This document shows positions 1 to 13,031 of a DNA stretch of 61,216 bases, piece after piece. The translations under genes were made by a program, and so were the position numbers. The notes under the pieces are model-generated. The model saw only the letters and a list, made by a program, of their open reading frames with translations, was not told where the DNA came from and made no database searches. The stretch's first letter is position 1. Each line of letters starts with the position of its first letter. The stretch is from assembly GCA_040437565.1 (NCBI GenBank), contig JBDOQK010000066.1, forward strand, positions 124,001 through 185,216, in the 5' to 3' direction. Origin of the DNA: Albugo candida. Lineage: Eukaryota.

Positions 1-345
1 GAGACGCTGGGCAATGTAGTGATACTTCTCCTTCCAATGCGTGATAACTTGTTCTAACTCTTCCAATCGCTGCTGCATGAGACGCACTTGCTGGTCTTTG
101 AGCTGTACATAGTTTTCCTTTAGTGTGAAGCTTTTTGTGAGCTTACTGTTCTCAAGCTGGAGCGTATATAAATGCGTCTGGAGAGCTCCAAGGTTTTGGT
201 GGAGGTTCAATGCATTTCCTGATGGTAATTGCGTAGATTGAGATGAACTATTGGGTGGATTTGATGAAGGATCCGATGGGTACGTTGTAACGCTATTTGG
301 AGCTTGTGAGACGCCGGAATGGATGCGTGGTGATGCAAAAGACAT
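1..345 (-). CDS. Coiled-coil protein, N-terminal part (runs off window start)
   Basis: Manual translation from ATG at 345 is open to position 1: MSFASPRIHSG...S/P-rich...LHQNLGALQTHLYTLQLENSKLTKSFTLKENYVQLKDQQVRLMQQRLEELEQVITHWKEKY (heptad-like). It is not in the ORF track because no stop lies in the window. Confidence 0.7.
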   Translation of the reverse strand, partial: MSFASPRIHSGVSQAPNSVTTYPSDPSSNPPNSSSQSTQLPSGNALNLHQNLGALQTHLYTLQLENSKLTKSFTLKENYVQLKDQQVRLMQQRLEELEQVITHWKEKYHYIAQRL

Positions 346-725
346 GGCGATTCTATCGCCGAGCGCGTGAGAATCTCCGCAATGAGACCGCGCACTATTA
401 AGGTAGTTACAGTACGGTAGTTTGTAACATATTACTTACGGTACGACGCGCTCTATTGAGATTATTTACGGTACTTTTCACATGCGTTCTAAAAAGCGAA
501 TTCGATGCGCTTTTTCGCCATAAATTCGTTCGTACATCCGCTGGTATCGCCATTTCCACTCGCCACCACACGCTCCTCCATCAATGACGTGTTATCCAAT
601 AACACGGACGCTTCAAAAAGCATACAAACGCGAAAACAGCTTCAAAAACAGCAAAAAGCCTGGGAGCCTTACTACCCATCCAATCGCTTCCATGCGTCTC
701 TATCGTTCCATACAAAGCCAATACC

Positions 726-2543
726 TCACCCAATGGATTCCGGTGGAGAACATACTCCCTGCTGACCATTCCGTATATTCCTCAATGCCGTATTCCCCGC
801 GGGACCCGAGCTATTCGATCGTCTAAACGAAGGTGAGCTCGTCCTCCGTCTTCCACTCGCTCGTGTGTGAGCCTTATGATTCTGCACAGGATCACGTCTC
901 GTACAAGGTCGAAGATACTCTGGAATAAGCGATTTCCATCGTAACTCACTATTCCAATCGTCTTTCTCCTCCACTCCGCTTCCATTCGCCTGTACCCACA
1001 GCTGACGAGGATGCAGCAGTAAGTCGGGTCGCCATCCATCCTCCCGTCCATACATTTTCCACGAATTCTGGAAAAACATCAATAACGCTTCCTCATCCAT
1101 CAGCACACGATCCAATCGCTCTCTTCCCTCCCGAAACATTCGCTGAAGACTCGGAAAGCGTTCAGGAACCACACTTCTCGCTAAATTGTTTCCCGGCTGT
1201 AACGGATCGATAATGTTCACACTTCGCACTGCAAAGACCGCATTTGCTTCCGCGGACAACGACACATCAAAGGAGCCAAAATACTCATTCAAACAACATC
1301 GTATCGCTTCGATATCCTCACGTGTGATCAAACAATTCGTCGATGCCGATTCCCATCCCGGCGGAATCATTCGACGCTGACCTTTGCATTGATATAATTG
1401 CGTCAGAAGAACGGGTCCGTACATTGTCCAAGCGCATTCCTGCCATGGGAATTGAGTCATCGTGTCCAAGAACAGATACAGAGCTTCAAGTGGATGCTGG
1501 ATTTGATACCCCCATCGATTGAATAGCGTCATCACAATCGTATTCACCGCATACGTCGAGAATGCGCCTTGCTTGGACCCCAACACGCCGCATCGTTCGC
1601 CTCGTTCCAGCAAGCAATCGTACACGCACCACGCTTTAATGAGCACCAAACTCTGTTTGAATAGATGCTGACGTCCGATACGAAGATCCATAGTGTCTAA
1701 AAGCACAAGCGCGCCAAGCGCTCCCACGCGATTCACAGTGAGATCCACAGACACATTATCGATCGTACATTTCACCACCCGAACGTCCGCATTGATAAAC
1801 GTCACATTTCGAACCGTATTGCCCGTAGGCGACGTACTGCTCATCCACGAAGGAGCCTGCACACTTGTCAATGCGCTGTTGAATTTTGGCTCCGTATTGA
1901 GATCGTTTGTCGCTGCAAAACAAAGCATTTGAATCACAGAGAAAAACCACGTCGATTCCATGGAGCGTGGTACCAGAAGACAAACATCTAAATCGGCATC
2001 GGGAAGGTATGTTTTGCATGGGAAGGAGCCAGTTGGGAAGAAGAGAATCGATGCGGAATGAGGGAATTGAAGCTCCAGTACATGACGAAGGTACGAGAGG
2101 ATATTGCATCGTGTTTGATCGGCTTGACGCGTTGGTGAAAGTGCGTCAAGGAGTTGTTTCATAGACGCTTCCAGTCGCGACGATAGCTGTAGAGGAAGGC
2201 AAGGACGTGGACATTTCGGCGCCATAGGGATAGAGCAAGTGCATTGCTCAAGAAGACCGCGTAAACGAGCAATTTCAGTCGTTTGCGTTTCCAATGCTTT
2301 CTCCAATTCGATTTGACGCATTGCGAGTGTGTAATCGATNNNNNNNNNNNNNNNNNNNNNNNNNNNNNNNNNNNNNNNNNNNNNNNNNNNNNNNNNNNNN
2401 NNNNNNNNNNNNNNNNNNNNNNNNNNNNNNNNNNNNNNNGTCTGCGCGCTGGAGGTTGATGAGATGTAGCTCGTAGGCGTTGCGCTAGAACCTGCTTTTT
2501 TATACGGTTTATGTATGCATGGATATGCTGTGAGTGTTATCAA
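726..2543 (-). CDS. Pol-beta-superfamily nucleotidyltransferase with PAP/OAS1-type substrate-binding domain (non-canonical poly(A)/terminal nucleotidyltransferase-like)
   Basis: FPTGSFPCKTYLPDADLDVCL (GS...DxD), third Asp in VVKCTIDNVSVDLTVN, plus LFKQSLVLIKAWC, FSTYA and VNIIDPLQPGNNLARSV. The 5' end crosses the N gap at 2340-2439, so the start is uncertain. Confidence 0.88.
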   Translation of the reverse strand: MITLTAYPCIHKPYKKAGSSATPTSYISSTSSAQXXXXXXXXXXXXXXXXXXXXXXXXXXXXXXXXXXIDYTLAMRQIELEKALETQTTEIARLRGLLEQCTCSIPMAPKCPRPCLPLQLSSRLEASMKQLLDALSPTRQADQTRCNILSYLRHVLELQFPHSASILFFPTGSFPCKTYLPDADLDVCLLVPRSMESTWFFSVIQMLCFAATNDLNTEPKFNSALTSVQAPSWMSSTSPTGNTVRNVTFINADVRVVKCTIDNVSVDLTVNRVGALGALVLLDTMDLRIGRQHLFKQSLVLIKAWCVYDCLLERGERCGVLGSKQGAFSTYAVNTIVMTLFNRWGYQIQHPLEALYLFLDTMTQFPWQECAWTMYGPVLLTQLYQCKGQRRMIPPGWESASTNCLITREDIEAIRCCLNEYFGSFDVSLSAEANAVFAVRSVNIIDPLQPGNNLARSVVPERFPSLQRMFREGRERLDRVLMDEEALLMFFQNSWKMYGREDGWRPDLLLHPRQLWVQANGSGVEEKDDWNSELRWKSLIPEYLRPCTRRDPVQNHKAHTRASGRRRTSSPSFRRSNSSGPAGNTALRNIRNGQQGVCSPPESIG

Positions 2544-2826
2544 TTTACCACAGGTTCTTTTCGATGCGTCATTTTGCTGAGGTTTCTCGAAACTAATTTC
2601 CTCTAAACTGAGTCATCTAACATGGAATTAAAGCGCATCCTTCTTAAAGCGGTACAAAAATGCTGCTGATGTTTAAAAGAAATAGTTGGTGACTGTCTAA
2701 GATAGAGAAGCCATAATCGAGCTATGCGAGACGTATGAATGTCATAAAGTGGTTGTCAGACTGTTATTCTGATCTTTTGTGAGACTTACTACCATCTGAG
2801 TGTCTTTATTCGAGTAGTATTTCTGA

Positions 2827-3456
2827 TTAAACTTTTGCTCCTGCAATTGCAAACCAATCATATTCTTTATGTTCACATATTGTTATTGCGAATTGCATTT
2901 GCTTCAGCTCCCTCAGTCCAAATACCACTTTTTCATTGTCATTCGCGATTACTTGACCAGGGTTAAGGTGAAACATAGTGGTCTTGATGTCGATGAGCAA
3001 TGAAGTGACAGAGGTGAATTCCCCGTGATTTCCCTTGAAAATTCTTGTCTTTTCTTGTGTAAGGTCGTAACCAATCGGTAGAGATTGACTTTTGATCGAT
3101 TCATGGAAACGGTCACGCTCCTTGAATTTATATGTGATAATTGCACTAGTTTGTGCGTAGAAATTTGGGGGCAGATCCTCACTAGTAATGGTAAATTGTT
3201 CGAGGCCATTGAACTTAATGTTGATTAGTACGCAACCTGAATCTACACATGTTTTATCCAGAATTTCTCGCTTAAGATCTTTAAGACTTGTAATCATATA
3301 AGAAAAATGCAGGGTGCATACGTATCGGGAGGGAACAGCACGATCGATATTGCATTGGATCGGAGATCCATCTAAATTGCAACCATTCACGGACGATCGT
3401 GTGATCAATAGAAACCATCCGAGCACGAGTTGGTAAAAACTTCGGACTTGTTCCAT
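2827..3456 (-). CDS. Secreted protein of unknown function (209 aa), homologous to 28704-29555
   Basis: Intact ORF from ATG 3456 (MEQVRSFYQLVLGWFLLITRSSVNG-C...) with a signal-peptide-like N-terminus followed by a Cys pair. It aligns by eye with the 283-aa ORF at 28704-29555. Confidence 0.7.
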   Translation of the reverse strand: MEQVRSFYQLVLGWFLLITRSSVNGCNLDGSPIQCNIDRAVPSRYVCTLHFSYMITSLKDLKREILDKTCVDSGCVLINIKFNGLEQFTITSEDLPPNFYAQTSAIITYKFKERDRFHESIKSQSLPIGYDLTQEKTRIFKGNHGEFTSVTSLLIDIKTTMFHLNPGQVIANDNEKVVFGLRELKQMQFAITICEHKEYDWFAIAGAKV

Positions 3457-4048
3457 GGAAATTGAGTTGGTTGCGGATGAGATAGACGATTCAAAAATGA
3501 ATAAGAACGTGAGGAATGCTGTCTGAGCCACAACTGAATAGTGTTCCAACTTGAATTATAGCTGCAGTGCAACGATGGGCAGCTGACGCGAGCGGAACTT
3601 CTATCCATGTATACATGGTATCATACCAATCTGAATCTCACATCGTACATCGTTACATGTCGCAATTCCTGCACAACGTTGCAACTGGAACGAACAAGAA
3701 GAATCACATTATAATGTACATAAAACAGACGGATGCAGCTGACTTTCGTTCGACTTTCTATCTACATTACAGCTCTGTATGTCGCTTCCCGCAAACGGAT
3801 CTATAGCATGTCCGTGCGCACGTTTGAAAAAATCGAACAGAAAAGATGAACTCAACCTCTAAAAATGTGGCTTTGCACAGCTTTTACCCTACACGCATTC
3901 TGTCGGCAAAATTTGTCGCTTGTGGTGAATGTTCCAAGTCCAATATGCTGACTTAATTGCGAGTGTCTCAAGTCAATCTGTTGACTTATCTGCGAACCCG
4001 ATGGATTATCAGTCAAGAGAAGGCAGAACGCTGACGATCAATATAAAG

Positions 4049-5313
4049 TTATATTAAGGAACGATAAGCCGCAAACCAATGATTCGGACGAAAAAAGTGA
4101 GGGTGTTCGACCCAATTATCAGCACCATTTGCTATCCAATCGCCAAGTAAGAGCATTCTTACAACTTCCATCAGATATGAGTGATTGTCAAGTGCCCCAT
4201 AGCTTCCAAATGAAGAAGTAAACGAGGATGACGATGAGTAATCGCTCGCGTTATATTTGATCGTAAAGTATCGCCAGTGCACTGTCACATTCACAAACTT
4301 CGAGACTGCCTGTCTCTGCGACGCCGCAAAGGATTGATCGAATGACTCTTCTCGTTGACATATTTCGACCTGGATCGGCGCTATCTCGAATCAAATTGAG
4401 GTTGCCATGATAACAGTCGAGTCCACAGTGTGAGCAGCTATCCTCAATGCTTTCGTCACAAATTGTTTGGTTTCTTCCATAGCTTCCTCCACTGGTATCC
4501 AGAGTTTCGGGTAATCGGACATGACCTTATCAGAGGGTTGAATTTTTATCCTATTCTTCGCGAGACCTCTAAGACAATACATGTTCTCCATCGTTGATCT
4601 CAATCGCATCCGAACCAACGACATATAAGTATTGAATCGCCAGAGTTTGTGCTGAACGCATTCATTCGGTCAACAACACTCCCATTAAGAGGAATTCTCT
4701 TCATTTTCCATCGTCGACAATGGGCTCGTCAATGCGCCGCTGGATGAGTTGTAGCAAATAGTATCTGCTACAAAGATCCAAATTGCAGAGTCTTTGAATC
4801 TACTATTGCTCTCGTACTCTTTGCAACTGCGGTCTTGGCTCAGCATTTCCGCAATAGTTTTTGTCACAAGCGCTCTCTGCTGAAGATAATCTATCTTCAT
4901 ATTGATTCTATCAACTTCCACGTATTCGAAACGTGGAAAGAACGCCATAGATAGGTTGGATCTGTTTCAAGTCGGCTCTATTTTTCTTGTAATATTGTCC
5001 GTCTCGTATGCATGTCGAATAATCGCTCCGAAAGTCGTACAGCGTCCCAGTTCCCGGTCAGATCATCAGCCGAATCGCAGCTGCGTTTTGTCGTTTCTTG
5101 GAACCTGTAGATCGTCGTTTTCGACTCCATCCTCAGTCAATCAAAGAATAACATCCGAGCCGTCGTCAATATCGGTGACCTTATCTCCGCTTACATTCCC
5201 AACTCTCTCTGTTCCAGAAACCGATTCATTGACAACAAAAACGCCACACTCGGTACCATGAACTGATGGAGACAATATTCCGACAGAAAGATTTGCATAA
5301 ACGATTCCTTGAA
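4049..5313 (-). pseudogene. Interrupted coding-like region, family not recognised
   Basis: Four consecutive ORF fragments (5141-, 4685-, 4391-, 4049-) in the same minus-strand frame, separated by stops. Truncated by the gap. Confidence 0.35.
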
Positions 5314-5413
5314 NNNNNNNNNNNNNNNNNNNNNNNNNNNNNNNNNNNNNNNNNNNNNNNNNNNNNNNNNNNNNNNNNNNNNNNNNNNNNNNNNNNNNNN
5401 NNNNNNNNNNNNN

Positions 5414-5881
5414 CGCGCTCTTCTTCTTCGAGCTCGCATCTTTACTCGCTTGAACGACTTTGAAGCAGCGCTTACGGATCACAATCGCATTTTAGAGTCA
5501 TTTCCGAATCATTTGGACGCACAATTGGAACAGCAAAATGCTCAACAAGCATTCCATACACAGACACAAAAACGAGCGGATCAAGCGATCTCCTGGCTAC
5601 TGGCACAAGATCAATCTGTCGATATGGAAACCACTGAAAATGCGAGGAAAAAGAGGAAGAAGAATGAAGCCCGGCCATGTGGGACCTTTGAGGACGCACC
5701 CGCCACTGAATTTCTCGATAAAGCCATCCATCCGATCACACCGCCTTCAAAGAGCACATCAGTGTGTACAATTCAGTATTTGAAAATATCAAAAGTGCTT
5801 GCTCACGCACGTAGGCGCAAAGCTGATATAAGTATGGTTATCCGGGACAGCGTTCATGTGAGCCATGAAGAAATCCTATAG
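5414..5881 (+). CDS. TPR-repeat protein, C-terminal fragment after gap
   Basis: RALLLRARIFTRLNDFEAALTDHNRILESFPNHLDA matches the TPR consensus, followed by a basic KKRKK patch. Confidence 0.65.
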   Translation, partial: RALLLRARIFTRLNDFEAALTDHNRILESFPNHLDAQLEQQNAQQAFHTQTQKRADQAISWLLAQDQSVDMETTENARKKRKKNEARPCGTFEDAPATEFLDKAIHPITPPSKSTSVCTIQYLKISKVLAHARRRKADISMVIRDSVHVSHEEIL

Positions 5882-5969
5882 TATCTATAATTGTATTCAC
5901 GATCGGGACACTACAAAAATGTTTTGTAGTCCACGCATTTCCATATGGCTTCATCATCATTTCTACAAC

Positions 5970-6495
5970 ATGTTCCACTTTCAACAAAAGTATCAAAAGC
6001 TAAAAATTGCGCCATAAAATATCGATCAGATACTAGCAGCAAAACGGACAAAGAAATTCGAAAAGAGCAGAATCGATAATGTGATGATGGTTGTTATCTC
6101 TACTTTGTTGAAAGATTGGCCCAACATGAGAATCGGATCCAATGGTGTCTTCATCATGAACCATCTTGCTTCTACTTCAGATTGAAGGATCTAAAAAGCT
6201 CAAGTATTATTCAGAACGGCCAATTCTGTGGAGAGTGTGAATATGACCAGCCGGGTGATCCTTATGCCACAGGTTCACTGCTCACTATTCCCTACCTATA
6301 TATTCGTGCTGCTGTACCCACATCAACGTTCAGTGCCTCGAATGGCTTCATGGGCTGAGCGCAACACCGGTGGAATTTTGGGTGAGGACATGGGTTTATT
6401 GTAGGAAAACTGTGCCGATCGTTGCATATAGTGCCACTATGCATGCTGCCAGTCGATTGTGTTCAGTTTTTCTTTTGTGTCCTGCATCCGCTATA
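5970..6495 (+). pseudogene. ERCC6: ERCC6/CSB (Rad26)-like SNF2 ATPase fragment, truncated after motif Ia
   Basis: Frameshifted ..YPHQR.CLEWL, NTGGILGEDMGL.KTV (Walker A) and LLCPAS. The DNA is clearly homologous to the reverse complement of ~12500-12930. Confidence 0.72.
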
Positions 6496-7490
6496 GAATC
6501 CCGAAGCGATTCGAGACTTGTGAATCTGTTTCATCAGCTTGACTACTTCGACTAATTCTGTGCTGTTTGCGAATTTCCATCTCCAATTAATGTGCCACGT
6601 GTAAGATCCAAATGTCTCTCGAAACGCAAGATCTCTCTCCATAACATGAACGATTTGCAAAACCACTTTGCTTCTCCAACGGCAAACAACTTGAATCCCC
6701 ATTCTTCCTCACTCTATCTTGACCAAGAGTGCTAGGGTGTCGAAACTTGCTATCATTCGACTTACCATTCGATGTCACGCAACTGCCGTATTGTTCATTG
6801 CTGCACTGCTAGAAGGAAGGATGCAAGCCAGAACGAACGAGTAGACATCATTGATCTCTGCCAAGAGCAACTCTTTGAGACTCGTTACTACCTGCTTGCG
6901 TGAAGGTGATTTTGCTGAGAAGAAAGCCACATGAAACGCTGTCAAAGCATGGTTGTAGCGCTCAGTGGGAGTGATACAAAACGGCTGCTTTGAAGCTCGA
7001 TGTGGCAATGGTTGCGGGAACTTGGAGATATTTCTTGTGTAATTCGGCATGCACACCGCTCTGTGATGAGATATTCTATTCGTTCATTCAATTGGAAAAT
7101 CTCAAATGTTCAATTCGGGCACTGAAGCAGAACCTTTGGAAGGACCGGGTTTCTTACGTTTTGTATAGTTCTGATCTGATGCTGAAGGATCTGCCACCCA
7201 TTTTCTTCCAAAAGGATGTATGCTATCAAGTTCTGCTGTTCTCCCTATTCGGGTGAATGCGTATCATTCCCTGTGATCGGAAGAATTTCAAACCTGTCAA
7301 CAGGAAATCTGCGATGACAAAATACAGGCAGAAAATTTTCAATAATCTTGAAAATTGGATGAGGACGAGATGGCCATCATGTCCGAACGACTGCCAAATC
7401 CATGGTACGATCTTTCACTTTCTTGTTTTGTCTTTTTAGTATACTTAGACGCAGTTGCGGGGACCAGATGAAGTAGCACACGATCCAATT

Positions 7491-9612
7491 GTGTACATTG
7501 CCGTTGAAATGATTGGAATGAAAATGGGGCAGGTGTGCATTTGCAGCTTTCGAACGCATGTAAGAAATCCACTTGTATGACGATGTTGATTTTCATGTAC
7601 CCTTCATCACGGCTAAAGAGTTTGTTGATAGCACTTTAATTGCGGGATCAATCGATGATATTTTACTAATCATAAAGCCTTCGCGAGTGCGCATGTTGAT
7701 AATTCGATCAATATCTACGACGATTCGATGGTCGTGTACCTTTTTTCACCATATTTGATACGATGAGTGGAATTTAAAATCTTGCATCGGATGACAGTGT
7801 GTGTAATGAGAGCGTCGAAATCGAAAGTCGGGGCCAAAGACTTAATTTGCGGATTCAATGCGTCCTGGATTTGTATGAAGCGTATAAAATTACTTGAGTG
7901 TGTCTTGCTGACCATACTATCACACTTTGTGGGTAAGCTGGAAAGCACATTCAGGTCCAAAAGTTACCTCCAATGGCTTTTGTGAGGAAACGCAGGCAAT
8001 CCGTATAGCTATTAGCCAAAGCCTTGACTTGAAACAATGCTTCCGTCCACTTGAATGAAATGACAGTTGATGTCATGACGAAGGAGTTGCATCTAGAGTT
8101 TGTCGGAAGATTTATTTTATTATCATTTTCTATGGTCTATTACGCATCGAATTGATACACAACACCATCGTTATGATGAAAAGGAACGATGACGCTACCA
8201 TGGGTGAAAGACGACGCTACCATGGGTAAAAAGTGAGCGCGTACACAGCATTGCGAAGCATCTGAGAGAGACTTGTTGTTGTGGTTTGCCTGCTCGTGAG
8301 ATCTCAGTAATGTTTAGGCCCAGACGTGACCCATGGTTGCGACCAACGTCATGGCGCATCTTAAATTCCCAAAAATTCTTAATAAGTTACAGTCTGTCTC
8401 GAATAATGTCCAGAAAATGATGGAGATTATTTATTGTCAGAGCAAATCCTTCGGAATCTTTTCCATTGTGAATATAGTAGCCAAGATGTGAACAGCGACC
8501 ANNNNNNNNNNNNNNNNNNNNNNNNNNNNNNNNNNNNNNNNNNNNNNNNNNNNNNNNNNNNNNNNNNNNNNNNNNNNNNNNNNNNNNNNNNNNNNNNNNN
8601 NGTGTACATTGCCGTTGAAATGATTGGAATGAAAATGGGGCAGGTGTGCATTTGCAGCTTTCGAACGCATGTAAGAAATCCACTTGTATGACGATGTTGA
8701 TTTTCATGTACCCTTCATCACGGCTAAAGAGTTTGTTGATAGCACTTTAATTGCGGGATCAATCGATGATATTTTACTAATCATAAAGCCTTCGCGAGTG
8801 CGCATGTTGATAATTCGATCAATATCTACGACGATTCGATGGTCGTGTACCTTTTTTCACCATATTTGATACGATGAGTGGAATTTAAAATCTTGCATCG
8901 GATGACAGTGTGTGTAATGAGAGCGTCGAAATCGAAAGTCGGGGCCAAAGACTTAATTTGCGGATTCAATGCGTCCTGGATTTGTATGAAGCGTATAAAA
9001 TTACTTGAGTGTGTCTTGCTGACCATACTATCACACTTTGTGGGTAAGCTGGAAAGCACATTCAGGTCCAAAAGTTACCTCCAATGGCTTTTGTGAGGAA
9101 ACGCAGGCAATCCGTATAGCTATTAGCCAAAGCCTTGACTTGAAACAATGCTTCCGTCCACTTGAATGAAATGACAGTTGATGTCATGACGAAGGAGTTG
9201 CATCTAGAGTTTGTCGGAAGATTTATTTTATTATCATTTTCTATGGTCTATTACGCATCGAATTGATACACAACACCATCGTTATGATGAAAAGGAACGA
9301 TGACGCTACCATGGGTGAAAGACGACGCTACCATGGGTAAAAAGTGAGCGCGTACACAGCATTGCGAAGCATCTGAGAGAGACTTGTTGTTGTGGTTTGC
9401 CTGCTCGTGAGATCTCAGTAATGTTTAGGCCCAGACGTGACCCATGGTTGCGACCAACGTCATGGCGCATCTTAAATTCCCAAAAATTCTTAATAAGTTA
9501 CAGTCTGTCTCGAATAATGTCCAGAAAATGATGGAGATTATTTATTGTCAGAGCAAATCCTTCGGAATCTTTTCCATTGTGAATATAGTAGCCAAGATGT
9601 GAACAGCGACCA
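7491..9612. repeat. 1011-bp duplication flanking an N gap (7491-8501 = 8602-9612); probable contig-overlap artefact
   Basis: Apparently identical copies at an offset of 1111 on either side of the 100-N gap; the ORF track shows identical peptides. Confidence 0.9.
8188..8231 (+). repeat. 22-bp tandem repeat x2
   Basis: gatgacgctaccatgggtgaaa / gacgacgctaccatgggtaaaa (also present in the duplicated copy at ~9299). Confidence 0.85.
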
Positions 9613-10140
9613 ACCTCTACCACTTCACATATTGAATCCGAGAATACCTTCCCGGGTCTTGAATTTATCGAAATAGGTTGATAGAGAAGAATTAAGACAG
9701 AATACGTGTCGTTATCGCTCATAAATGATTGATAACTTGCTTCCGACTGTAAATGATACTGATTTGGTGCGAGAATTGCGCCTTAGGTCATCATTTAAGG
9801 TAGTCGATTGATCAACCCGTTTTTCTTCAACTACATAAAAAAACGTGACGTTTTTATCAGTATCATTCCCCACGTTGCTGTCGTCGCTATACGATATGGT
9901 TGCGATTTTCCAGAACTCTTCCGCTTTTACATTTTGACGAAAACGTTTCCGATTCCACATAGTACGCCTTTTATCGATCGGTGTTCGCACATGCTCTTCA
10001 TCACTGTAACTTCACTTGTCATCAAAGCATCTTCCACTCTCTCATCATCAGCTTCAACGTTTTCTAGCTTAGAATTGAAGCGTGCTTTTGTAGCATTCAA
10101 TTGATTGAATAGCATTTGTACATGCACAGACTCAAATTGG
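9498..10140 (-). pseudogene. Frameshifted coding-like region, unassigned
   Basis: Three overlapping minus-strand ORFs (9927-10127, 9712-9990, 9498-9722) that read as one protein broken by frameshifts. Confidence 0.3.
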
Positions 10141-11077
10141 TTGTATCTGCTCCATTAATGTCCTCAGAAATATAAACTAATTCGCGCACACTACTCACGC
10201 GACTTGACGATGACAAGTACAAATTGCGCTGCTGTACGTACTCAGAAATAACCGACTAGATTTGATTGAAAGAATTCAGCGAGTTTATATCTTAGTGTCA
10301 AAGATTTTGTATCAGATAGGATGTGGCTTTTCCCGGCTGGTTCTCGTTCACAGAGTTCCCTTCGATCTACGAATGAGCCAGACAAATCGGTTTTTCCTAT
10401 TCTCAGCTGTAAATTTCAAACCATCCCAGAACGATTCGCTGCCAATACTACCTGTCGTCATCTATTATGGACTGCGTAAGAATGCATCACGAACCATTCA
10501 TGAAATCGGTCCTCAGAATCCAATTGCTCTTCCAACAAAATGACAAATTAAAAAGTATCTTTCGAAATGTAAGCTTCTTCTAGGGATCTATAAGATGACC
10601 CTATCTTTCTGGAATTGCTTCTGTCGTAAAGCTGAGGCTGTGGTTGCACTTTTCGTGCATAGAAAAACGGCTTTGTTCCATGATACTTGTTACGCCTTCA
10701 AAAGTGTCACCATTAGCCATTGTAGGTGATTTGATACTTGCAGGCAGTCCACGATGCCATACCGCTGATTGGAGAATTTGCTCAAAATATCCTAGAAAGA
10801 TAGCTTTGGGTTCTTGTAGCTGTTCGGTAAACATGATATAGACCGCCGAGTCTCTTTTTTTCGGTTGTTTTAGCCGGCTGACCAGCATCCTTGTCTGCCT
10901 GTCCATATTGGCGTCGTGATACTACAGTGTTGTTGCCGCACCAAATCGCAAGATAGGCGCAGGGCTGAAAGAACCGGTTTGGCAATCTTACAAGATTCCA
11001 TTTCTTATAAAGGAGCTTCTTGATTTTGTACACCTTCGTGCTCTATGGCAGCATGATTTAAAAAGCCCTGAATTACT

Positions 11078-13031
11078 TTATCCTTGAATATGTGCCTTAG
11101 AATTCGTACTCGATTTATTCGTAGTTGTATCGTTTCTAAACCTTCTACACACTCCATCTTCGCTAAAGATGCTTGCCCAACGGGACCATTCAGCAGGAAA
11201 ACCTGATTTCCAGCTGGTGGGGCTGGTACATGTCCTACAAGAAAAAGCTCTGTCGTCTAAACACCTTGGTGTGCCTTCATACCTTCTTTTCCTTCGAGTT
11301 GCGCACCACTCGCAAGAGTGCACAGATGACGCAAACTGCGACGATTGGAACGGCGCTTTCTCTTTGGGTCATGTAACACCTTTGTCGTGTGAAATATTGT
11401 TTGAATATCTGACGACGATAAGTTTTCTCTTCAATAGTCTCACTTGTAATCAGCCGATATATAGTGACTTGTTTACTTTGACGAGTACGCCAAGATCGTT
11501 CTCTGGCCTGCATGTTGTTGCTGGGATTTTAGTCTGGATCAACTATTTTGACACGATTAGCACAGGAGAGTTTAATCCCGATACCACCAGCTCGTGTAGT
11601 AAGTGAAAAGGTGACAATATTGTTTTCCGGATCGTTTAATTTGTCCACAAGTCTCTATCGTTTCCTTACTGGCGAGGACTCAAGAACCTTCCCAGTATAT
11701 CAACCATCATATGCGTTCAAGTAAGAAACAACACACGATGCTCCTCCTAGTGTTTTTTCATGACCAGAATTGAGCACAATACCAGCATCTCACGTCTTTT
11801 TATTATCACCGTAATTCTCTGCATGTGAAGATTTATCGTCAGTACTCTAATCAGTCTGAATGATTACATACATGTCTTAGTGCTGAAATCGTATTCTTTG
11901 TAATTGTTACGCAAGTATTCTTCATAGTGATCGTACTGGAAGGCAGTTATAGTCGAAAGAGTAATACATTTACCATTTCATAGGAAAGTCAAGAGTGTCT
12001 GTGCCGTATGCGCCGTAGCATGTATCGATTAGAAACATCTCTTATTATTAGAGCACACTTTTACGCCATCACGACTTGCATTTAGATGTATGTGCATAGC
12101 GACCTGTCTTGATTGGAAGAACCAATTCATCTGCAAAAGTCGGTAATGTACTTAGCTTTCCTGGATATACAGAATCAAATAGCGACCATATTTCCGAAGG
12201 TGATTTTGTATTGGTGTGCCTGTGAGTATAAGACGATGGACAGTGCGAAATCGCTTACACAAGAGATATGTCAGCATCAGGATTTAAACATCCTATGCCC
12301 TTCGTCCAGCACGACGTACTCCCAGTCGATACTGAATAATGATTGCTGATTTCGACGAGGTTTTTGTACATTGTGAGCATTACTCCACCAGTTCCGCAAA
12401 TATTCTCAGTCTCACCTGAGGTATCTTTGGGTTTGTGATGTTTAACGATTTAATGAACATCGTTGTATGGTTTATAAAATTCGCGCGTCCACTATAAAAG
12501 AACGGATGCAGGACACAAGCAAAACTGAACACAATCGACTGGCAGCATGCATAGCGGCAACGTATGCAACGATCTGCACAGTTTTTTTAAGCCCATATCA
12601 TCACCCGAAATTCCACCGGTGTTTCCCTCATGAAGCCATTCAAGGCACTGACGTTGATGTGGATACAGCTGCGCGTGTATATAGGTAACAGTGAGCGCTA
12701 AGCAGTGAAATAAAGATCATTTGGCTGGTAAGTAAAAGCGAGATATTTCATGATTAAGACAACATATGATTTGATGCTCATGTTCGGCCAATCGTTTGAC
12801 ATAATTGAAGTGATAGCCATCATCGTATCGAATCTGCTCTTTTCCACTTTCTTTGTCCGCTTTTGCTTTATGTATCTGATCGATATTATTTGGCGCCACT
12901 TTTAGCTTTTCGACACTATTCTCATGGTTGATGAAGGTAGCCAAATACTCACTTTCATCGTAGTTGCTCTCAGATTGCTCGTCTAAATACGCTGTTTGCA
13001 AGCTTTTCTTCATAAATCTCAGAGCCTTCAT
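11078..13031 (-). pseudogene. ERCC6: ERCC6/CSB (Rad26)-like SNF2 ATPase pseudogene
   Basis: Motifs recovered in order across frameshifts: LYPHQRQCLEWL; GGISGDDMGLKKTVQ; IDWEYVVLDEGHR (~12290-12330); [65 protein letters not shown] (TAA at 11529-11531 replaces W); [24 protein letters not shown]. Confidence 0.88.

Noticed and set aside
7491..9612. 1-kb tandem duplication as a biological event
   Set aside because: The copies abut the N gap exactly and look identical. The same pattern recurs at four other gaps, so it is an assembly overlap.
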